IMG/VR virus record: IMGVR_UViG_3300042691_037870
Coordinates: 32,001 to 96,000 of that record
Reading direction: 5' to 3' (one strand)
Length of the DNA stretch: 64,000 nt
Source: a virus
The notes under the pieces are model-generated. The model did not search any database. It saw only the letters and a list, made by a program, of their open reading frames with translations, and had not been told where the DNA came from. This document shows positions 59,059 through 64,000 of this stretch, piece after piece (the first letter of the stretch is position 1; every line of letters starts with the position of its first letter). Position numbers and translations under genes: made by a program.

Positions 59059-59433
59059 CTATGAAAGTTTAAATCCGCCTGATAATCCACAAAAATGAGC
59101 AAACTTACTTAACTCATCAACAGAAAAAGTAAAGTCACCGTTAGGGAATGTACTTTCACCAAAGGCTTTTGCATTTCCATTTTCTATTTCAGAAAATAAA
59201 GCTCTTGCCATTTTAATTGAAATATCTTGTGGGATTTGGGATCTTAATTGTTTAGGATAGAATCCAATTTGTTCTTCATCTTCAGATAAAAAGTCTTCGC
59301 AAACTATTGTAATATAAGACCAAAGTGGAAACCAAGAATCTGTAGTTGTTGTAAAATATTCTCCGTCTATTGATATAGGATTTAAGCCGGTTGCAAAAAT
59401 TTCAACCGGCTGTATAGATTTATGTTCTTTCAT
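59059..59433 (-). CDS. Hypothetical protein (124 aa)
   Basis: TAATG-coupled to SLT gene; WFPLWSYI...FAHFCGLSGGF. Confidence 0.7.
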   Translation of the reverse strand: MKEHKSIQPVEIFATGLNPISIDGEYFTTTTDSWFPLWSYITIVCEDFLSEDEEQIGFYPKQLRSQIPQDISIKMARALFSEIENGNAKAFGESTFPNGDFTFSVDELSKFAHFCGLSGGFKLS

Positions 59434-59948
59434 TAAAAAGGAATTTTGTAGTTATACACATTAAGTGCATATCCGTTGATCATAGGTCTACCCGTATTAT
59501 AATAACCAAATACGATTTTCCAATTGTGATAACGATTATGTAAATGTCTTAAGAATTTCATACTCGTCTCAACATTAAGCGCAATGTTATCACGCAGTTC
59601 AGTTTTCGTAAACTTTTTACCAGGCCACATATACTTTGCAGTAGGATACATAATTTGCATAGGTCCAACCGCTCCAGCAAAAGATGTTTGTTTGTGATAA
59701 TAAGTCCATTGAAAAGGGTTACGATATCGTGTTTCACAGTAAGCTATACCGTATGCATATCTTTTAGGAATGTTATACTGTTCAGCATATTTCTCAATAA
59801 GATAATACATTTGTAAGCAAGGCGGTGAATCTTGCGATATGATAGGCGCATCTGAAGATGTGAACTCAATAGGGTTCTTAATGTAAATCCAGAAGGCCGT
59901 TAATCCTACGATGATAGAAATCATCAGGGTTTTAAACATGTCCTTCAT
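59433..59948 (-). CDS. Lytic transglycosylase (SLT domain) with N-terminal membrane anchor
   Basis: Catalytic IAYCETRY, GAVGPMQI, YYNTG motifs; hydrophobic N-terminal helix. Confidence 0.88.
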   Translation of the reverse strand: MKDMFKTLMISIIVGLTAFWIYIKNPIEFTSSDAPIISQDSPPCLQMYYLIEKYAEQYNIPKRYAYGIAYCETRYRNPFQWTYYHKQTSFAGAVGPMQIMYPTAKYMWPGKKFTKTELRDNIALNVETSMKFLRHLHNRYHNWKIVFGYYNTGRPMINGYALNVYNYKIPF

Positions 59949-59959
59949 ATTACATTATT

Positions 59960-60286
59960 TTAGTTACCTGTCTTGGTTTGATAGATCTTATTTGCGTAAA
60001 GGCTAAAGATCATATTACCAACTTGCTTATCATAAAGCGTGTAAGTACCTCTTTGACGATTAATAATCATCAATTCACCACGTTCATTAATTGCAACTGA
60101 TGTTTGCTCTGGAGTTTTGCTTTCCTGCATACTCAAGTTTCGTGTGTGCGTTTGATAATTATGATAGATTTCTCCACCAATAAAACCAACAGCAATTGAT
60201 ACTATAATGATTGTTGCACGCCCAATACTTTTAAGAGTTGTTGAAATTTTCTCCCAATTAGGTTTAAGATTCATTTTTGTAATCAT
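59960..60286 (-). CDS. Single-pass membrane protein
   Basis: ATIIIVSIAVGFIGG hydrophobic helix. Confidence 0.7.
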   Translation of the reverse strand: MITKMNLKPNWEKISTTLKSIGRATIIIVSIAVGFIGGEIYHNYQTHTRNLSMQESKTPEQTSVAINERGELMIINRQRGTYTLYDKQVGNMIFSLYANKIYQTKTGN

Positions 60287-60302
60287 AACTAAAAAATTTA
60301 GG

Positions 60303-60647
60303 TTAAACTAGATTTGCTTGTGTTCTTACAAGATGACCTAATTGTTGGTCATTTGGTAAATCAATAATATCTTGACGATATGTAAGAACACTATGAGGAA
60401 CTTCCTCGGTTGTAATATCAAAACCAAATTTTTCAAGAATCTGATTTGTGTCAAGATATAAGTAGTCTGTTTGCTCCATATCACCCCACTCAATAATCAC
60501 ATGATATGTTGCAGGGGATACTTGCCAACCTGTCTTAATGAAATATACACAGATAGGTTCATCATTGAGGTCATAAAGAGTTCTTGCTCTTACACCTCTG
60601 CCTTCTTTAAAGGCATAAGGAATTGTTTTATTTGCTTCCATGTTCAA
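60303..60647 (-). CDS. Hypothetical protein (114 aa)
   Basis: ORF in operon; ends PNDQQLGHLVR. Confidence 0.65.
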   Translation of the reverse strand: MNMEANKTIPYAFKEGRGVRARTLYDLNDEPICVYFIKTGWQVSPATYHVIIEWGDMEQTDYLYLDTNQILEKFGFDITTEEVPHSVLTYRQDIIDLPNDQQLGHLVRTQANLV

Positions 60648-60978
60648 ATTTTACAATATTAGGGTACATACTCAAGAAACCGCTACGATATCCGATAGTA
60701 TGAAATGTATAAGTAGAATCTTTTTGGATTTGACCGTACCAATCGCTGGAGTTAAAATTTCCGTAGAAAAGGTCATCCTCAAGTTTAAAAGTTCCTTTAT
60801 CTGTAAAGATTAAGTAATATGAATTTACAGTTTTTCCTGATTGATCTGTAATTCTTTCTTTATCCGTTACTTTTGCGATAAAAGTTTGCTTATTTTGTCT
60901 ACCTGTACAAGTATATACAAGTCCACCAAAAAATAAGATCACAAAGATACCAATAAAAATACTTGATGCGTTTCTCAT
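60628..60978 (-). CDS. Membrane-anchored DUF1523-like protein (start revised to MRNASS)
   Basis: N-terminal TM helix; VTDKERI..YYLIFTDKGTF..D..FNSSD.Y...GYR..FLSMYPNI pattern. Confidence 0.7.
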   Translation of the reverse strand: MRNASSIFIGIFVILFFGGLVYTCTGRQNKQTFIAKVTDKERITDQSGKTVNSYYLIFTDKGTFKLEDDLFYGNFNSSDWYGQIQKDSTYTFHTIGYRSGFLSMYPNIVKFEHGSK

Positions 60979-60982
60979 ATGT

Positions 60983-61204
60983 TTAAGAATTAGAATTAGA
61001 CGATTTTGAACCTGATGGTAAAATAAACCAAGCAAGCATCATTAGCCCTACCGCTTGTAAGAAGTTAATTTCTGGTAGTTTAAAGATCACGGGCATTAGC
61101 CAGTTCCATAACCACATAGTTGGTAATCCTAAGATAAGAATTAGTAAAAAGGCAACACCTGATGCAAGAAAAATTGCCATTACGGCTTTCATTAAAGTTT
61201 CCAT
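60983..61204 (-). CDS. Small membrane protein
   Basis: Two hydrophobic helices with MWLWNWLMP.IF.LPEINFLQAVGL; first gene after cassette D. Confidence 0.75.
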   Translation of the reverse strand: METLMKAVMAIFLASGVAFLLILILGLPTMWLWNWLMPVIFKLPEINFLQAVGLMMLAWFILPSGSKSSNSNS

Positions 61205-61221
61205 ATTTGTTTTAATTTGAT

Positions 61222-61282
61222 AGAATAAAATTAAACTAAAAAAATAACATAAGCAAATAATTACCTAATAAGTTATTAACAA
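61222..61282 (-). promoter_or_regulatory. 61-bp promoter cassette, copy D
   Basis: TTGTTAATAACTT...TTTG-N20-TAATTTTATTCT. Confidence 0.75.
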
Positions 61283-61283
61283 A

Positions 61284-61775
61284 TTAGATAATCATTCCTT
61301 TATATTGCTTATGATACCAATCTAACCAAGAAGGCGTGTTTTTATCCAAAGCTTTGAAAGTTTTCCAGTAATGAAAGAATTTCTTTTCAGAACCTTCTTC
61401 GTATTTCTTAATTAAAGCATCTTCTTCCGCCATAATTGTTTTTTCTTTTTCAATTACATTGGCAAGTTCAAGTATTTTTTCTTCTAAGTCTTTAAACTTC
61501 CTAACAGCGTCAGTAGTGTCAATACCACTAACAGCAAGATCAACAATAAGATCACGCACTTTTGTTCGTTGAGCAATTAAATCATTAATCTCAGGTATGA
61601 TTTTATTATGACGTTCTTTTGCCGCTTCACGAGTTCTTTTAAATCTGTCATATCTTTCTTGAAGTTCTTTATCATTCAAGTCAGACTGAAATTCAGCATA
61701 GATTAATTCATAAGCACTAAGTTCTGGCTTAGGCGTTTTCTTTCTTGTTGCTTTAGGTTTTAGTTCTTTTTCCAT
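61284..61775 (-). CDS. Coiled-coil hypothetical protein
   Basis: Charged heptad-rich ORF, TAATG-coupled to the upstream gene. Confidence 0.7.
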   Translation of the reverse strand: MEKELKPKATRKKTPKPELSAYELIYAEFQSDLNDKELQERYDRFKRTREAAKERHNKIIPEINDLIAQRTKVRDLIVDLAVSGIDTTDAVRKFKDLEEKILELANVIEKEKTIMAEEDALIKKYEEGSEKKFFHYWKTFKALDKNTPSWLDWYHKQYKGMII

Positions 61776-62143
61776 TAAGATAAATGTTTAGATGCATTAT
61801 TTAATAAGCCTGTGATATTTGCAGCACCTACTGGGTTTGCACTTTGGATTCTAAATGCAGGAATCTGTTTGTGATTGTCCATACAATACTCTACCAACCA
61901 CTGTGCACAGGTAAAACCTGTCTTTTCTTTGTAAGTACTTTTATAACAATGAATGTCAGACAAATCGTGATCAAAGCAGATTAAATCGGGTAACCCATTT
62001 TCTGTGATCCATTCAACAAATTGATTATAACTTTTTACCCAATGTACTTCACCTTCTCCGTAAGCAAACTCAGGAGCATAGCGCATTAACCAATCAGCTA
62101 TGTATGGATTACGAATATCGTCTAACCAAAGTAATCTTTTCAT
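61775..62143 (-). CDS. Cyclic-phosphate processing receiver-domain protein
   Basis: LWLDDIRNP, WVKSYNQF, ICFDHDL, KTGFTCAQWL, SANPVG motifs. Confidence 0.85.
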   Translation of the reverse strand: MKRLLWLDDIRNPYIADWLMRYAPEFAYGEGEVHWVKSYNQFVEWITENGLPDLICFDHDLSDIHCYKSTYKEKTGFTCAQWLVEYCMDNHKQIPAFRIQSANPVGAANITGLLNNASKHLS

Positions 62144-62158
62144 ATTATTTGTATTTAA

Positions 62159-62219
62159 AGTATAAAATTAAACTAAAAATCCTACAAATAAAAATTTGTA
62201 GGACTAAAGTTATTAACAA
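62159..62219 (-). promoter_or_regulatory. 61-bp promoter cassette with stem-loop, copy E
   Basis: TTGTTAATAACTTT-AGTCCTACAAAT-TTTT-ATTTGTAGGATT-TTTAGTTTAATTTTATACT. Confidence 0.75.
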
Positions 62220-62704
62220 TTTTTACTTTTCAAATCTTTTCGTAGTATTGACATTATAATTGAATCAACCCAAACACCATTTTTATAAACTTCTTGTCTT
62301 TTAATACCTTCTTGAATAAACCCAAGTTTATCATATAAACCTATAGCTATATGATTAGTATGTAAAACTTCTAAAGAAACCTTATGTAAATCATATTTTT
62401 GAAATAGAAAAGGCAAAAAAGCTTTATATGCTTGATAACCGTATCCTTTACCTGTATAGTCAGGATGTATATCAGCTCCTATATAAATATTACGATTTTC
62501 TACAGAATGATTAGATAGCCTAAAATATCCTATCGGTTTATCATCAACCAAAATCATATAAAAGTCTGGTTTATTTTGTACAAACCAAACTTGGGTTTCG
62601 CTTAATGTAAAAGTTCTTGAGTCGTGTAAGAATTCTTTTGCATATTGATTTCTTACCTCATTTAAGAATGGCAAATCATCAAGAATTAAATTTCTAAATT
62701 TCAT
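62213..62704 (-). CDS. GNAT N-acetyltransferase (PseH/RimJ-like)
   Basis: IHPDYTGKGYG acetyl-CoA motif, LEVLHTNHIAIGLYDKLGFIQEG; TAATG-coupled to the aminotransferase. Confidence 0.88.
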   Translation of the reverse strand: MKFRNLILDDLPFLNEVRNQYAKEFLHDSRTFTLSETQVWFVQNKPDFYMILVDDKPIGYFRLSNHSVENRNIYIGADIHPDYTGKGYGYQAYKAFLPFLFQKYDLHKVSLEVLHTNHIAIGLYDKLGFIQEGIKRQEVYKNGVWVDSIIMSILRKDLKSKNC

Positions 62705-63891
62705 TACCAGCCTTTCTTAATACATTCTACAATATATTCACGGTCTTCATCAGTCACCCACCATCCAACAGGAATAGAAACCACTTTACCAATAGTTTTC
62801 TCAAGTGTTGGTAAATTAGAAACAAATTCTTTTACACACGTATGTTTGTCATTTCTTTCATGAACTTGTGAAACTGAAATTTTGCATTCTTTCATCCACT
62901 TATAAAACCCATCACGATTTTCAACTAACATACTATAAATCCAAAAAGCTGAATCGTGGTTTGGGTTTCTTTCAAGAAGAGTAACTCCTTTAACATTTTT
63001 TAGGTGTTCATCATAATACTTAGCGTTTTCACGATGTCTGCTAATAATCTTTTCAGCATCTTTTAAATTTTCAATACCTACTGTTGCACATACATCATTC
63101 ATATGAAACTTAAATCCCCACTCGTCAATGTTTGCTTCACAACGAAAATCCTTACGGTTAGAATCACGATCAATACCATACCATCTTGTAAGTTTTGCAC
63201 GATTATACAATTCTTGGTGTGGCAATATGAGTAAACCGCCATCAATCGATGTAATGTGTTTAATTGCTTGTAATGAATACATTACAATGTTTCCGTGATT
63301 TCCTAATTTTTTTCCTTTATATTCTGAACCAAACGAATGTGCTCCATCTTCAATGATTACTGGCTTAAACCCATAAAGTTTTTGTGACTTTTGTTGAATT
63401 TCTTTTAATCTATCAAGATCTAAAGGATACCCACCCCAATGAACAGCAATAATTGCTTTTGTTTTAGGTGTGATTTTTCTTTCAAGATCATCAAGATCCA
63501 TATTAAGAGTTTTTTCATCAATATCAACCCACTTAATCTTTAAACCGTTTGCAAGAATTGGCCAGTTTGAAGCTGTGCATGTAAGTGGTGTTGCTAGGAT
63601 TTCGTCACCTTCATGTAATCCTGTCCAACCACCTTCAAATATACTATACCCATCAGCCGCGGTTACCTTTGAAGACTTTTTTAATAAATGTAATGCTAAA
63701 TGTAATCCTGAGGTTCCACTATTTAAAGTAACAATTCGGTCATTATCAAAATATGTTTTTAGGTCTTTTTCAAAATCTTCAACTTTTGGACCTTGCCCGA
63801 TATAACCGCTATTTAAAACTTTTGTAACTGCAGGTGCAGCGTTTTCTGACATATAAACTTTAAACAGTGGAATTTCATGTGTTCTTTTCAT
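62704..63891 (-). CDS. DegT/DnrJ/EryC1/StrS PLP-dependent sugar aminotransferase
   Basis: GPKVEDFE, LNSGTSGLHLAL, AVHWGG, IIEDGAHSFG, SLQAIKHITSIDGG (PLP lysine). Confidence 0.93.
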   Translation of the reverse strand: MKRTHEIPLFKVYMSENAAPAVTKVLNSGYIGQGPKVEDFEKDLKTYFDNDRIVTLNSGTSGLHLALHLLKKSSKVTAADGYSIFEGGWTGLHEGDEILATPLTCTASNWPILANGLKIKWVDIDEKTLNMDLDDLERKITPKTKAIIAVHWGGYPLDLDRLKEIQQKSQKLYGFKPVIIEDGAHSFGSEYKGKKLGNHGNIVMYSLQAIKHITSIDGGLLILPHQELYNRAKLTRWYGIDRDSNRKDFRCEANIDEWGFKFHMNDVCATVGIENLKDAEKIISRHRENAKYYDEHLKNVKGVTLLERNPNHDSAFWIYSMLVENRDGFYKWMKECKISVSQVHERNDKHTCVKEFVSNLPTLEKTIGKVVSIPVGWWVTDEDREYIVECIKKGW

Positions 63892-63934
63892 AAGATACTT
63901 TTAATTTATATTCTTATTTTTTATTATAGTTTTA

Positions 63935-64000
63935 TTAGCTATCTTCCCAAACTCCTGACGTTGAAACAAAAAGTGAAACCCCTGATATTGTATTAGGTTC
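63935..64000 (-). CDS. 3' end of an upstream gene (partial)
   Basis: Open frame EPNTISGVSLFVSTSGVWEDS followed by TAA TAA at the window edge. Confidence 0.4.
   Translation of the reverse strand, partial: EPNTISGVSLFVSTSGVWEDS

Noticed and set aside
1121-63805. Numerous short ORF-track entries on the + strand or in alternate frames (e.g. 1121..1342, 13658..14020, 39055..39435, 52225..52608, 55713..56150, 63470..63805)
   Set aside because: They lie within or across longer motif-bearing genes, often start at TTG/GTG and have no recognisable motifs; treated as shadow ORFs.
1-64000. Alternative genetic code (stop-codon reassignment) as in some large phages
   Set aside because: Standard-code ORFs tile the window densely, with multi-kb frames and intact enzyme motifs; TAG serves as a normal stop (e.g. 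54401, 59059).
1-64000. tRNA/rRNA genes, introns, inteins, integrase/transposase, DGR reverse transcriptase
   Set aside because: Intergenic gaps are short and AT-rich with no cloverleaf seen, and no such protein motifs were recognised by eye; tRNAscan/Infernal/HMM searches would be needed for a firm negative.

Overview
AT-rich, gene-dense 64-kb segment of a very large T4-like contractile-tailed (jumbo) bacteriophage genome, read in the standard code and almost entirely on the minus strand. A Bacteroidota host is inferred from TTTG-N20-TAnTTTTA promoters, A-rich leaders without Shine-Dalgarno sites and a DUF4494-like gene. About 1-21 kb and 25-50 kb encode virion parts: giant fibre/baseplate proteins with collagen-like and PKD domains, and gp6-, gp7-, gp25-, gp13-, gp5-, gp53- and hub/tube-initiator-like proteins. 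Interspersed are a DNA glycosylase that resembles metazoan NEIL1, a PolB-type 3'-5' exonuclease, a SET-domain protein, PhoH, a HAD phosphatase, an amidoligase and a multi-S1 protein. The 50-64 kb accessory region holds a Nudix hydrolase, PD-(D/E)xK-like nucleases, a DUF932-like protein, a lytic transglycosylase, a cyclic-phosphate receiver, and a GNAT plus DegT aminotransferase pair. Highlights: (i) unrelated proteins sharing a T4-like capsid-targeting/cleavage leader; (ii) five 61-bp promoter cassettes, two with a covarying stem-loop, plus two further promoter motif classes; (iii) the NEIL1-like glycosylase; (iv) an unannotated 37-aa basic peptide in register with the histone H3 tail, in a genome with SET and GNAT genes (speculative); (v) a possible virion glycosylation system. 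All family assignments come from motif recognition by eye; no searches were run.
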